A stretch of 64,000 nucleotides of DNA from a virus: UHGV virus genome UHGV-2111131, one strand, 5' to 3'. How positions within the stretch are numbered: the stretch's first letter is position 1; each line of letters begins with the position of its first letter. Under the pieces are notes generated by a model that searched no databases, had not been told where the DNA came from, and was given only the letters and a program-made list of their open reading frames with translations. The position numbers were made by a program, and so were the translations under genes. This document shows positions 52,939 through 63,344 of the stretch, one piece after another.

Positions 52939-53114
52939 TGCGTGTGGCATTTTTCGGCTTGTTACCGTACCCGCCTTGTTTTTGGACTTCTGCGCTAATT
53001 GCAAAGCCGCATGTCCTGATGGCTGACAACATCATCCCGGCACCAAAGCGCCGCCATACCGGTATTGCATCGGCACGACGAGCAGCAAAGAAACGCAGGA
53101 GAGCAAAACGATGA
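52938..53114 (+). CDS. Small basic protein (58 aa)
   Basis: Strong RBS AAAGGAGGTGAGTA; below ORF-track cutoff. Confidence 0.3.
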   Translation: MRVAFFGLLPYPPCFWTSALIAKPHVLMADNIIPAPKRRHTGIASARRAAKKRRRAKR

Positions 53115-53299
53115 AAAACCGTAAAGCAAAGATTCTGTTAGTTCGCAGAAACGCTCCTGGCGTCTGGCAGTGGGTGAGACTCAGCAACCGACGGGTGGGG
53201 TTAATGAAACATTACGGGATGATGGATTGTGGTTTTTGCAAAAAGCCCAGCGCGGCGCAAAACCGCTGGAAAAACCACTTGCGTACTAAAGGAGAGTGA
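53111..53299 (+). CDS. Small basic protein
   Basis: 62-aa ORF with RBS. Confidence 0.4.
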   Translation: MKNRKAKILLVRRNAPGVWQWVRLSNRRVGLMKHYGMMDCGFCKKPSAAQNRWKNHLRTKGE

Positions 53300-53300
53300 T

Positions 53301-53510
53301 ATGGCTATTGCCGCAAGTTACACCATGCATCTCTATTGTGACTGCCGCCAGTGTACGGAAGGTGTATATCCAGTGCCAGACTTCGGAGAGTATATCGGTA
53401 CGTCATGGGCTGGTTGTGCAAAAGAGGCGCGTAAGGATGGCTGGCGAATAAGCAAAGACAAAACACGTGCTTTTGCGCCCGGGCATAAAGTTTTGAGGAT
53501 TAACAAATGA
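53301..53510 (+). CDS. Small Cys-rich protein
   Basis: CDCRQC; RBS AAAGGAGAG. Confidence 0.4.
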   Translation: MAIAASYTMHLYCDCRQCTEGVYPVPDFGEYIGTSWAGCAKEARKDGWRISKDKTRAFAPGHKVLRINK

Positions 53511-53914
53511 CCACTATAACCAAAGAGCGACTGCTGACAATCAAGCAGTGGCGCGAAACATACGGACCGGGTAGCAACGTTGTACTGCCAGCAGAAGAAG
53601 CGGAAGAACTGGCACGAATTGCTCTGGCATCGCTGGAAGCAAAACCAATAGGTGCATTCCACATTGCAGAACAGCAAGTTGACGGCACAAGTGACTATCT
53701 CAAGGATGGAGAATGGCCTATTGATAATGGGATTATTGAAGTCTACACCGCCCCGCCAGTACCGGTAGTACCTGCTGCATTACCTGAGAACGACGATGAG
53801 GACGGGCATGACATTGATTATCTTGAGCCATCTGAAGTTTACGCGCTTGGGCGAACAGCTGGCTGGAACGCCTGCCGCGCCGCCATGCTAAACAAGGAGG
53901 AGAACAATGGATAA
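53507..53914 (+). CDS. Hypothetical protein
   Basis: 135-aa ORF. Confidence 0.45.
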   Translation: MTTITKERLLTIKQWRETYGPGSNVVLPAEEAEELARIALASLEAKPIGAFHIAEQQVDGTSDYLKDGEWPIDNGIIEVYTAPPVPVVPAALPENDDEDGHDIDYLEPSEVYALGRTAGWNACRAAMLNKEENNG

Positions 53915-54596
53915 TCGATATGAAATAGCAGAACAAAATGGCATGAGCCTAGAGTTCGCTGACTGGTTCTTTGATAACAAAAAAGATGGCTGTGGAAACG
54001 CTTGGTTCGTGATGATGGCTGCCATGTGGGAAGGCTGGAAAGGCCGGGCAGAACCGCCAGTTCCTGTAATACAGGCTGATGTCGCGCAGGCAATTGAAAA
54101 ACTCAAACGGAAATTAGTGGAATGCAATCGCTATAACTACTGCGCAGATGCAGTTAAGGGCGTTGAGTATGCCTGCCACGCTGCCATGCTTCAGGGTAGC
54201 CAACCTGTAAGCCAAACTTACAAGTTTCCAGTTAATACACCTTGCCAAGATGCGCCAGCCCATATCTGGCTGCAAACAGCTGGAGTATGGCCAGAAGATG
54301 GCGAGTTAAGCGAATTAACGTGGTGCAGCCACAATCAGCACCATGATGACACGCTATATGTTCGAGCTGACTTGGTAAATGGCAATTCTCCGGTAACTCC
54401 GGATAGTTGGATAAGCTGTAGTGAGCGAATGCCCGCTCAAGATGATTGGATTTTAATTTATTCAAAGCACGGTGAGTATATGGCAGGACAGGTGCAAGGG
54501 GAATACGTGGAGTTGAGCGATGGCACTTTATCGTGGTTAGGGAACGCCTTGTTCTGGATGCAGCTACCAGAACCGCCGCAGGAGGTGAATCAATGA
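53907..54596 (+). CDS. DUF551-like protein
   Basis: C-terminal WISCSERMPAQDDWILIY pattern. Confidence 0.45.
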   Translation: MDNRYEIAEQNGMSLEFADWFFDNKKDGCGNAWFVMMAAMWEGWKGRAEPPVPVIQADVAQAIEKLKRKLVECNRYNYCADAVKGVEYACHAAMLQGSQPVSQTYKFPVNTPCQDAPAHIWLQTAGVWPEDGELSELTWCSHNQHHDDTLYVRADLVNGNSPVTPDSWISCSERMPAQDDWILIYSKHGEYMAGQVQGEYVELSDGTLSWLGNALFWMQLPEPPQEVNQ

Positions 54597-54678
54597 CTTG
54601 GCCTGAAGCATTCGCAACGGTAGGAATTGTGATGGCGGCAGCACTGGGTTTGTATTCAATTTGTCGCTGGTGGTAACG

Positions 54679-54912
54679 ATGGGAAAATTAACTTTTGTAG
54701 TCGAATTTGAGGATGGCAAAGAGCCACCTGTTAGCGCCAATCTTGATGTTGCTGGTGGCAGGCTGGCTTCGGTTCTATTTGGTGATTACCGCGACGACTT
54801 CTTTAAGCCTGAAGAAGTTGATGTAGTGCGAGAAGCATTAAATGAGCTAAGTGTTGACAACGATGATGCTCATGCGGAAATCATCCAAAAAATGGAACTG
54901 CTAACTCACTAA
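54679..54912 (+). CDS. Hypothetical protein
   Basis: ATG at 54679 after GGTGGT. Confidence 0.35.
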   Translation: MGKLTFVVEFEDGKEPPVSANLDVAGGRLASVLFGDYRDDFFKPEEVDVVREALNELSVDNDDAHAEIIQKMELLTH

Positions 54913-55090
54913 ATTAGCAATTATGGTGCTATCACCTACGGCAACGAGAGAAATTTTATAATGTCAAAAGTAAATGTTTTGATTTTTTCAGCAATTGTTG
55001 GCTTTGGTTTTACTGCCGGAGTGCAGATTTATATTACGTGGAAAAAAATCATCAACTACGTATGGAGTTGTTTTATTAAGTGAGGTAAGT

Positions 55091-55384
55091 ATGTGGAGAG
55101 GTAATAGTCATGGCAAAAGCCAGATGATACTTACCGAATATCAGTTTGACCATAAAACCAATAAATCACGTTCAGTATATTTGCTCCGACACAATAGCCG
55201 CGTAAGAAATACCGTGCTGGAACAAAATCTGACAGTTGAAATGGATAATTACGGGGGATTCAAGCCAACAATATCGCTTGATGATTTTCCTCGTGGCTTA
55301 AGCGAAAGAGAAGCAATGCTGAAATTAGCAGAATGGCTACAAAGATTAAGCATTGCTATTGAAGATAACTGGTCTGAACCTTAA
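55091..55384 (+). CDS. Hypothetical protein
   Basis: ATG at 55091 after GAGGTAAG. Confidence 0.35.
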   Translation: MWRGNSHGKSQMILTEYQFDHKTNKSRSVYLLRHNSRVRNTVLEQNLTVEMDNYGGFKPTISLDDFPRGLSEREAMLKLAEWLQRLSIAIEDNWSEP

Positions 55385-55390
55385 ATTTAT

Positions 55391-55765
55391 ATGATGACAC
55401 TAAAACATTTTCTTGACCGCCCATTATGGGCGGCAGCCGCAGGCTATGACTTTAATTATATGGATTGCATGTCTTATACCGCCAATGCATACGACCATTC
55501 GTTCAGCCTGCTGTTTAATTCTTTAAGAATATTGCCGCAAACAGAAGTTGGAGAGCTTCATTTATGGCTATTGGGCTTTATCGCGGCTGGAGTTGGTATT
55601 GCTGTATGGCCTTTTATTTTCTGGCTGGTGGCTGTTGTAGTGTGGTTTAAGTGCAAGACGTACCGGAGAAAGTATTTCTTAGGTGATGGAATGACTGATA
55701 TTGCCAAAATGAACATTGAAAAATGGACTAAGGAATGTGAAAAGAAATGGCGCAAAAAGAAATGA
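55391..55765 (+). CDS. Membrane protein
   Basis: Two TM helices. Confidence 0.4.
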   Translation: MMTLKHFLDRPLWAAAAGYDFNYMDCMSYTANAYDHSFSLLFNSLRILPQTEVGELHLWLLGFIAAGVGIAVWPFIFWLVAVVVWFKCKTYRRKYFLGDGMTDIAKMNIEKWTKECEKKWRKKK

Positions 55766-56685
55766 CCAGAATCACTGAAGAGCGTATATCAGAGATTATT
55801 TCCCGTATCGAAATGTATGGTCACGGTGCTGGATATACGGCAGATGAAGTATTGGCACTTGCCCAAATGGCTTTGGCGGCTTGCAAAGATGATAAAAAAA
55901 TGAAGCTTATCGACTTGTTAGTGAAGGAGCTGCCTAAGTGCGGCGGGTGGCCTGATGGAATGAGTTATTGTTACCTACCCAGTGTCAATTTAATGGCACC
56001 ATGCGCGACTTTTGCTTTTGGCTCAGACCACAAAAAAGACACTTTCTTTGGGCGCAATTTTTGTTGTGAGATTGAGCTTCCAATTGGTGGCCTTGATAGC
56101 GATGAATACCAGTCAGTTGTCACTCGCGAACAATACGAATCAGCTCTCATAGCGTCGCAGAAAGTCGAGTTCAATGGTGATGAACTTGAAAGTAAGACTT
56201 ACAGGTTGGATTTTGGGCAATGGCTGGAACAGCAACGCGGGAAAATCGATGTGGACTGTGGTTGTGTGTCCACTGAAACATTCATGCACTGGCTGTGGGT
56301 AGCTTACGAGGCTGGCAACTATCCGGATATTCCGGATAGTTCGGTGCCAGCGCCAGGAAAGGGCGTCACCGGTGAACGTATCCGCATTAAGCCGCATGTT
56401 TATCGCGAACTGGTTAACCGTCTCCACGATACAGCGATCAAGTGTGCTGGCACCCAGCAATTACGAGAAAGAATTAGCCGTGTTTTGGGCGACGTTATTA
56501 CACCAGATCATCATAAACAAGCCGAGAAAAGTGACCTGGAAAGGTGTCACCTTGAGGCGGCATTAAACATTAAGCCGGGGCATACGCTTGGCATTATTGA
56601 TGCACTATTGGTTCATAAGATGGCCAGGGCTTTATTGCCGCTGGTGGCTGAAAAGCATGAGGTGGACCATGCCAACGAAAGCTGA
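55747..56685 (+). CDS. Hypothetical protein
   Basis: 312-aa ORF. Confidence 0.5.
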   Translation: MAQKEMTRITEERISEIISRIEMYGHGAGYTADEVLALAQMALAACKDDKKMKLIDLLVKELPKCGGWPDGMSYCYLPSVNLMAPCATFAFGSDHKKDTFFGRNFCCEIELPIGGLDSDEYQSVVTREQYESALIASQKVEFNGDELESKTYRLDFGQWLEQQRGKIDVDCGCVSTETFMHWLWVAYEAGNYPDIPDSSVPAPGKGVTGERIRIKPHVYRELVNRLHDTAIKCAGTQQLRERISRVLGDVITPDHHKQAEKSDLERCHLEAALNIKPGHTLGIIDALLVHKMARALLPLVAEKHEVDHANES

Positions 56686-56953
56686 ATTACAGGTGCGCGT
56701 AGATGAGCTTGAAAAAGAGAACGCGAGCCTCAAAAAAATGCTGTCGCGGGCGGAAAGGGAATTATCAGGCAAATTATTGCCAGAAGAACTGCCACCAGCA
56801 GATATACCTGATCGAGTGTCCTGGTGGATGAAGTATTTCCGTGCACCGTGGGAGGCGTTTTGGTGCTACGACCAACGCAGATGGTGTGATGAACTTGATA
56901 GCAATTTTCCCTACTTTGCGGAAGGGAACACCTGCCCTCAATGCAGGGGATAG
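56669..56953 (+). CDS. Small coiled-coil / Cys-containing protein
   Basis: ATG at 56669 after GAGGTGG; ends CPQCRG. Confidence 0.4.
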   Translation: MPTKAELQVRVDELEKENASLKKMLSRAERELSGKLLPEELPPADIPDRVSWWMKYFRAPWEAFWCYDQRRWCDELDSNFPYFAEGNTCPQCRG

Positions 56954-57288
56954 CATTTGACGAAATCGATCACCCTATCCTGAACTTCAGAAAGAAGGTC
57001 TTTTTCACGCGCCAGGACGTCAGGATATTGACGTTCTGGCCTTACCAGATGCCGGAGCTTCCCATTAAGCAGAATGGCCTCAGAAAACACTTTTACGCTG
57101 TGCTTTATCCCCTCTGTTTCACTTTTCAGCGTCAAAATAAAGCGCAATTGCTTATTAGCCTGATTCGGATTCAATACACGAATTTGCAGTTCGTCTATGC
57201 TGTTCCGCAATGGGATTGATGCCACCACACTGGTGCAGTCTCTGATTGTCTGAATTGAACGGCTAACATTGAGAACGTTATTGTGCAT
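56938..57288 (-). CDS. Hypothetical protein
   Basis: 116-aa ORF, only minus-strand gene in this block; weak RBS. Confidence 0.35.
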   Translation of the reverse strand: MHNNVLNVSRSIQTIRDCTSVVASIPLRNSIDELQIRVLNPNQANKQLRFILTLKSETEGIKHSVKVFSEAILLNGKLRHLVRPERQYPDVLAREKDLLSEVQDRVIDFVKCYPLH

Positions 57289-57320
57289 GTGCCTGATCCA
57301 CTAACTCCTGGAGGTTTCTT

Positions 57321-57572
57321 GTGTCAGATCGAAATATAGCAGCTAAAAGCCAGGAAGAGCGAGACAAGGTGAACGTAGACCTTGCCGCCAGCGGCGTTGC
57401 TTACAAAGAACGGCTGAATATACCTGTGATTGCAGAGCAGGTGGCCCGTGAGCAACCGGAAAACCTGCGCGCCTATTTCATGGAACGGCTACGGCACTAC
57501 CGGCAGTTAAGCCTCCAGTTGCCAAAAGGGAGCGATCCGGTGTATCAGAACGAGGATGCACCAAAAAAATAA
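57321..57572 (+). CDS. hot: DNA polymerase III theta-subunit homologue (Hot)
   Basis: [38 protein letters not shown] resembles HolE; GTG start after GGAGG. Confidence 0.7.
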   Translation: MSDRNIAAKSQEERDKVNVDLAASGVAYKERLNIPVIAEQVAREQPENLRAYFMERLRHYRQLSLQLPKGSDPVYQNEDAPKK

Positions 57573-57657
57573 CGGCAAGATGGGGGAGAAATGTGATTAG
57601 CCCCCAGCGTGGCGCGCCTACAAACCCCGCTTTCACAAACTATGCCTTTTCAATGTA

Positions 57658-57677
57658 TACTGTATGAATAAACAGTA
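57658..57677. promoter_or_regulatory. LexA box upstream of humD
   Basis: TACTGTATGAATAAACAGTA (CTGT-N8-ACAG), about 20 nt before humD. Confidence 0.75.
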
Positions 57678-57695
57678 TCATTGAGGTAAAACGCT

Positions 57696-58085
57696 ATGGG
57701 CTTCCCTTCTCCTGCGGCGGATTATGTTGAAAGCCGAATTTCTCTTGATCAGCAGATAATTAGACATCCTTCAGCGACCTACTTCATGCGGGCAGCTGAT
57801 AGCCATCACCGTGAGGGAATATTGCAGGGTGCTTTGCTGGTGGTTGATTCCTCGCTTACTCCGGTTGATGGTTCTCTGCTTGTGTGCGCTATGGAGGGTG
57901 AATATCGCATAAAGAGATACAGGAAGTATCCGCGCCAGCACCTGGAGGACTTAAGCACCGGGAAGAAAGAGGCGTTACCAGTAGATGACGATGGATACAC
58001 GGGCAGTAATGCTGTTTTTGGTGTGATCACTCATGTCATCAATGATGCCCGAAGTGGGGAATTTGATGATTGTCCGGTTATTTAA
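57696..58085 (+). CDS. humD: UmuD-like protein HumD
   Basis: 129 aa; LexA/UmuD-type fold, size of P1 HumD. Confidence 0.8.
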   Translation: MGFPSPAADYVESRISLDQQIIRHPSATYFMRAADSHHREGILQGALLVVDSSLTPVDGSLLVCAMEGEYRIKRYRKYPRQHLEDLSTGKKEALPVDDDGYTGSNAVFGVITHVINDARSGEFDDCPVI

Positions 58086-58157
58086 GCTGCAAAGTGCTGG
58101 TGCTTTATGCCTGTGAAGTTTATAATTGTGTACACATAACGAGTACACGAGGTGTTT

Positions 58158-58379
58158 ATGCAATCCATTAACTTCCGTACCGCGCGTGGCAACCTTTCTG
58201 AAGTGCTCAACAATGTTGAAGCCGGGGAAGAGGTTGAAATCACCCGCAGAGGCCGTGAGCCAGCAGTAATTGTCAGCAAGGCTACTTTCGAAGCCTACAA
58301 AAAAGCGGCGCTGGATGCTGAATTTGCATCCCTGTTTGACACCCTGGACTCCACCAACAAGGAACTGGTTAACCGATAA
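58158..58379 (+). CDS. phd: Phd antitoxin
   Basis: 73 aa [39 protein letters not shown]; palindromes GTGTACAC/GAGTACAC in promoter. Confidence 0.9.
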   Translation: MQSINFRTARGNLSEVLNNVEAGEEVEITRRGREPAVIVSKATFEAYKKAALDAEFASLFDTLDSTNKELVNR

Positions 58380-58759
58380 TGAGACATATATCACCGGAAG
58401 AACTTGTTGCGCTTCATGATGCGAATATAAGCCGCTACGGCGGCCTGCCTGGCATGTCAGATCCGGGTAGGGCAGAGGCCATTATCGGGAGAGTTCAGGC
58501 CAGAGTTGCCTACGAAGAGATCACCGACCTTTTCGAAGTCTCCGCCACCTACCTGGTGGCTACAGCGAGAGGGCATATATTCAATGATGCCAATAAGCGT
58601 ACCGCGCTAAACAGTGCGCTGTTATTTCTACGCCGTAACGGGGTGCAGGTATTTGACTCCCCTGAACTGGTAGACCTTACCGTAGGGGCTGCGACCGGAG
58701 AGATATCTGTATCTACTGTCGCCGCCACGTTACGTAGATTGTATGGTTCTGCGGAGTAG
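58379..58759 (+). CDS. doc: Doc toxin (Fic-fold kinase)
   Basis: 126 aa; start overlaps phd stop; Fic-like [11 protein letters not shown]. Confidence 0.9.
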   Translation: MRHISPEELVALHDANISRYGGLPGMSDPGRAEAIIGRVQARVAYEEITDLFEVSATYLVATARGHIFNDANKRTALNSALLFLRRNGVQVFDSPELVDLTVGAATGEISVSTVAATLRRLYGSAE

Positions 58760-58763
58760 ATCA

Positions 58764-58943
58764 ATGGCACGTAAATACAACAAATTGTCCCGTAGAGCGT
58801 TAAAGATGCTTCTTGATGGCGTGAGTCGCCGCGAGGTAAAGCAATACCTGGTTGGTAAGCAAATTGGTGCCAGGACCGCTATTGCTGTGTTATGCCGTCA
58901 GGAAATGGTTGTGCTTAAACAGAGAATGCCGGGCAGCAGATAA
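58764..58943 (+). CDS. Small protein downstream of doc
   Basis: ATG at 58764 after GGAG. Confidence 0.4.
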   Translation: MARKYNKLSRRALKMLLDGVSRREVKQYLVGKQIGARTAIAVLCRQEMVVLKQRMPGSR

Positions 58944-58970
58944 AGCCCAATCAGTGATGAAAGGTGTGAT

Positions 58971-60014
58971 GTGAAAGCCGTAATTACTCCCTTTGTACAA
59001 AAAGAGCTTGGCGTCGCCACATTCAAAGTGGATCAGGAAGTCAGAAAGCTGGTGGAGGCTGGCCGTAAATTTATTATGGAGCCGGTGCCGCGTGAGTTAA
59101 TCGAGCACATGGACGACGGCCTCGTTGTTTCCGAGCAAACTATGGCAACAAATGAGGCGTTGCAGCCGTTTTTTAACAGCGATGAACTGTTTCGCCGTAT
59201 TGGTGGAATTGACGCGCTGGTGGCGTGGTTGCGTAGGAAAGAGGGTCAATGCCAGGCCGCAGATCGTAGTTGGTGTGACAACCATATTGTCCACGCTGAA
59301 CGAGACAATAGCGCGGTGTTGTTGTGCTGGCATCACGATAACCATTACCGGATGCGTGGTTTTAATGAGCTGAAAGAAACGCTGCATAATAATCGCGTTA
59401 ACTGGATACTGGATGTCGCCCGTCAGGAAATGGGGCTTTCAGATGGCCATGATTTAAGTATTCAGGAACTGTGCTGGTGGGCTTTCATGCGCAACATGAT
59501 GCACCTGATGCCGGAAGAAGTTTGCCGTATATCAATAAATAAGATGAAAGCCGCAACGCAGGATAGCGGACCTCTGAAAGAGGCAGATATTCGCCCGTAT
59601 GACGATCGCGCTACAGCATATGTTCAGATGATGGAAGAACGCGCCGCGCCGATGCGTGCAAAAGTATGCTCTGTGGATGTTGACTCCGACCCTGGCATGG
59701 CGCATTTCAAAATACCAAAACTGCAATCGCTAAAATTACCTGAGTACATGGACTTTGTTGCTTCCCGTCCATGCTGTGGGTGTGGAGCGGCGGGAGCTGG
59801 CGCTCACATTACGCCTTATATCGTTCGTCATAGTCGATTATGCGCGCATGACATTTACGCAATTCCTCTGTGCCAGTCATGCCAGCGTGATATTGAGCGT
59901 GACCGCGATAATTGGGAGAAGACGCACGGTAGGCTGGCGATGCATCAACGATTGTTCTTTGATTACGCGCTTGGAGTCGGCGCTATCACAAGTCACTCGT
60001 CGAGCGTTAGATAA
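58971..60014 (+). CDS. Cys/His-rich protein downstream of doc
   Basis: 347 aa; [12 protein letters not shown]...CQSCQRD cluster. Confidence 0.55.
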   Translation: MKAVITPFVQKELGVATFKVDQEVRKLVEAGRKFIMEPVPRELIEHMDDGLVVSEQTMATNEALQPFFNSDELFRRIGGIDALVAWLRRKEGQCQAADRSWCDNHIVHAERDNSAVLLCWHHDNHYRMRGFNELKETLHNNRVNWILDVARQEMGLSDGHDLSIQELCWWAFMRNMMHLMPEEVCRISINKMKAATQDSGPLKEADIRPYDDRATAYVQMMEERAAPMRAKVCSVDVDSDPGMAHFKIPKLQSLKLPEYMDFVASRPCCGCGAAGAGAHITPYIVRHSRLCAHDIYAIPLCQSCQRDIERDRDNWEKTHGRLAMHQRLFFDYALGVGAITSHSSSVR

Positions 60015-60015
60015 A

Positions 60016-60032
60016 ATTGCTCTAATGTATTG
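60016..60032 (+). promoter_or_regulatory. Degenerate C1 operator (ATTGCTCTAATGTATTG)
   Basis: First 11 nt match consensus; upstream of lpa. Confidence 0.4.
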
Positions 60033-60102
60033 CTATTTCTTTAATCGAGGGTATTATATTCCACGTTGATTAGTTGACATGGGCTAATCAGTAGGTGACA
60101 GG

Positions 60103-60555
60103 ATGTTACTTAACTGGCAGGGACGCCACTTCATGGAAATAAAACACTCACGAATAACATCGTACGAGATTGCGGATTACATGATCCGCACTAAATCTCT
60201 TCTATCAGCGAAAGAACTCGCAGCAATTCTTGAAAAGGAATACCCGCATCTGGATGTCGATAAGCGCGATGTTTATCTGCGCTTAAAGGCTATCGCTGTG
60301 TCTAAGTATTCGTCTGTTTTGATTGATGACAGTACACGCCCACGTAGATTTCAGATCCACTCTCTGAATCCTGAATTCTTTCGCCGTAGCCGCGCTCCGC
60401 GCCGGTTTGATGAAAAACTCCAGAACGAACTCTATATGACGCAGGACGAAAAGGAACGCCGGGAGCACCAGCCTTGGGTAATGGCGCGTCAACTTTTCAA
60501 TAAGGTGGCCCGTCAGCACCGTCATTACGGTAATGCCACATCCGCACGTATCTGA
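60103..60555 (+). CDS. lpa: Late promoter activator Lpa
   Basis: 150 aa; position before pacA. Confidence 0.6.
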   Translation: MLLNWQGRHFMEIKHSRITSYEIADYMIRTKSLLSAKELAAILEKEYPHLDVDKRDVYLRLKAIAVSKYSSVLIDDSTRPRRFQIHSLNPEFFRRSRAPRRFDEKLQNELYMTQDEKERREHQPWVMARQLFNKVARQHRHYGNATSARI

Positions 60556-60640
60556 TTGATTGCTTGCCCGTTCCGGGCCTTTTGACATGTGACTTTCGTT
60601 ACCCTCGCGTCAAAAAGAGTTTTTACGAAAGGAAGCATAA

Positions 60641-61834
60641 GTGACCTGGGACGATCACAAAAAGAATTTTGCTCGCCTGGCGCGAGATGGTGGTTACACC
60701 ATCGCACAGTATGCCGCCGAGTTTAATCTTAACCCTAATACCGCACGTCGTTATCTCCGTGCCTTCAAAGAAGACACCAGGACTGCGGACAGCCGCAAGC
60801 CAAATAAGCCAGTCAGGAAGCCACTAAAAAGCATGATCATTGATCACTCTAATGATCAACATGCAGGTGATCATATTGCGGCTGAAATAGCGGAAAAACA
60901 GAGAGTTAATGCCGTTGTCAGTGCCGCAGTCGAGAATGCGAAGCGCCAAAATAAGCGCATAAATGATCGTTCAGATGATCATGACGTGATCACCCGCGCC
61001 CACCGGACCTTACGTGATCGCCTGGAACGCGACACCCTGGATGATGATGGTGAACGCTTTGAATTCGAAGCTGGCGATTACCTGATAGATAACGTTGAAG
61101 CGCGGAAGGCCGCGCGCGCTATGTTGCGTCGGTCCGGGGCCGATGTTCTGGAAACCACTCTTCTTGAAAAGTCTCTTTCTCATCTCCTTATGCTGGAGAA
61201 CGCCAGGGATACGTGTATTCGCCTGGTGCAGGAAATGCGCGATCAGCAAAAGGACGATGATGAAGGTACTCCGCCTGAATACCGTATCGCGAGCATGCTA
61301 AACAGCTGTTCCGCGCAGATAAGCAGCCTGATCAACACCATTTACAGCATCCGGAATAACTATCGAAAAGAAAGCCGGGAGGCGGAAAAGCACGCTTTGT
61401 CTATGGGGCAAGCTGGCATTGTTAAGCTGGCATACGAACGAAAGCGTGAAAATAACTGGTCAGTGCTGGAAGCAGCTGAATTCATCGAGGCGCATGGCGG
61501 GAAAGTGCCGCCCCTGATGCTGGAGCAAATCAAAGCCGATCTGCGTGCTCCGAAGACCAATACCGATGATGAGGAAAGGCAAACAGCCGTCGGTGGCCCT
61601 TCTCTTGAAGATCTGGACAAAGTTGCGCGAGAACGGGCCGCCAACCGCCGCGCCGATGCCGCATTGTGGATTGAGCAGCGTAGGGAAGAAATCGCCGATA
61701 TCGTTGATACAGGCGGTTATGGAGATGTTGATACTGAAGGTGTATCAAACGACCCATGGCTGGAACAAGACCTGGACGAAGACGAGGAGGAAGACGAAGA
61801 AGTTACCCGCAAGCTATACGGGGATGATGATTAA
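60641..61834 (+). CDS. pacA: Terminase small subunit PacA
   Basis: 397 aa (P1 PacA length); pac site lies inside the gene. Confidence 0.85.
   Translation: MTWDDHKKNFARLARDGGYTIAQYAAEFNLNPNTARRYLRAFKEDTRTADSRKPNKPVRKPLKSMIIDHSNDQHAGDHIAAEIAEKQRVNAVVSAAVENAKRQNKRINDRSDDHDVITRAHRTLRDRLERDTLDDDGERFEFEAGDYLIDNVEARKAARAMLRRSGADVLETTLLEKSLSHLLMLENARDTCIRLVQEMRDQQKDDDEGTPPEYRIASMLNSCSAQISSLINTIYSIRNNYRKESREAEKHALSMGQAGIVKLAYERKRENNWSVLEAAEFIEAHGGKVPPLMLEQIKADLRAPKTNTDDEERQTAVGGPSLEDLDKVARERAANRRADAALWIEQRREEIADIVDTGGYGDVDTEGVSNDPWLEQDLDEDEEEDEEVTRKLYGDDD
60832..60995. other. pac packaging site: 4 + 3 TGATCA/GATC hexamers
   Basis: GATC clusters at about 60834-60873 and 60963-60992 flanking an ~90-bp spacer. 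Confidence 0.65.
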
Positions 61835-63320
61835 TGGCCAGAAGTTGCGTAACGGATCCACGTTGGCGCGAGCTGGTGGCGCTATATCGTTATGACTGGA
61901 TTGCTGCCGCTGATGTTTTGTTCGGCAAAACACCTACCTGGCAGCAGGATCTGATTATTGAGTCTGTGCAGGAACAGGGTAGCAAGACATCTGTTTCGTC
62001 TGGTCACGGTACCGGGAAATCAGACATGACTTCTATCATGATCATGTTGTTCATAATCATGTATCCCGGTGCCCGCGCCATTATCGTTGCGAACAAAATT
62101 CAGCAGGTAATGACCGGTATATTCAAGTACATCAAGATAAACTGGGCTACTGCCACCAGCCGTTTCCCATGGCTTGCTGATTATTTTGTTCTGACAGAAA
62201 CCGCTTTCTATGAGGTTACTGGTAAAGGTGTATGGACTGTAGTACCGAAGGGCTTTCGTCTGGGAAGTGAAGAAGCTCTCGCCGGTGAACACGCAGATCA
62301 TCTTCTGTATATTATCGATGAAGCCTCCGGTGTCAGTGATAGAGCTTTCGGTATCATCACCGGTGCTCTTACCGGACAGGATAACCGCATCTTATTACTG
62401 TCACAGCCTACACGCCCAAGCGGCTATTTCTACGATACACACCATAAACTGGCCAAGCGTCCTGGTAACCCTGATGGCGTTTATACGGCGATCACGCTTA
62501 ACAGTGAGGAATCACCGCTGGTAACGCCAGCATTTATCAAAATGAAGCTGGCGGAGTACGGCGGGCGNNNNNNNNNNCTATGTACATGATTAAGGTACGC
62601 GGCCTATTCCCTAAATCACAGGATGGCTTCCTTCTTGGACGTGATGAGGTTGAACGTGCAACGCGGCGGAAAGTCAAGATTGCCAAAGGATGGGGCTGGC
62701 TTGCATGTGTGGACGTTGCTGGTGGTACGGGACGGGATAAGTCCGTTATCAATATCATGATGGTGTCCGGCCAGCGAAATAAACGCCGTGTAATCAACTA
62801 TCGAATGCTGGAATACACAGACGTTACAGAAACGCAGCTTGCCGCCAAAATTTTCGCAGAATGCAATCCTGAGCGATTCCCAAATATCACCATAGCGATA
62901 GACGGCGATGGCTTGGGTAAAGCAACGGCGGATCTGATGTACGAGTATTATGGTATTACCGTACAGCGTATACGCTGGGGTAAAAAGATGCATAGCCGTG
63001 AAGATAAGAGCCTGTACTTTGATAAACGTGCTTATGCCAACGTTCAAGCCGCAGAGGCCGTAAAATCTGGTCGTATGAGACTGGATAAGGGTAATGAAAC
63101 TATTGAGGAAGCGTCGAAAATCCCTGTAGGGATTAACTCCGCAGGTCAATGGAAGGTGATGAGTAAGGAGGATATGAAGAAAAAACTCAACCTGCACTCA
63201 CCAGACCATTGGGATACATATTGTTTCGCTATGCTGGCGGATTATGTTCCCCAGGATGAAGTGCTTAGCGTCGAAGACGAAGCGCAGGTTGATGAAGCTC
63301 TGGCATGGCTTAATGAATAA
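61834..63320 (+). CDS. pacB: Terminase large subunit PacB (interrupted by 10-N gap)
   Basis: Two collinear ORFs joined across the N-run; total about 495 aa. Confidence 0.8.
62568..62577. other. Assembly gap (10 N)
   Basis: Run of n characters. Confidence 0.97.
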
Positions 63321-63344
63321 CTCATTGACCATGCCGGATAGAAA

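Noticed and set aside
56941-57219. 92-aa plus-strand ORF opposite the minus-strand gene 56938-57288
   Set aside because: Hydrophobic, low-complexity translation typical of an antisense frame; the minus-strand ORF is preferred, itself at low confidence.
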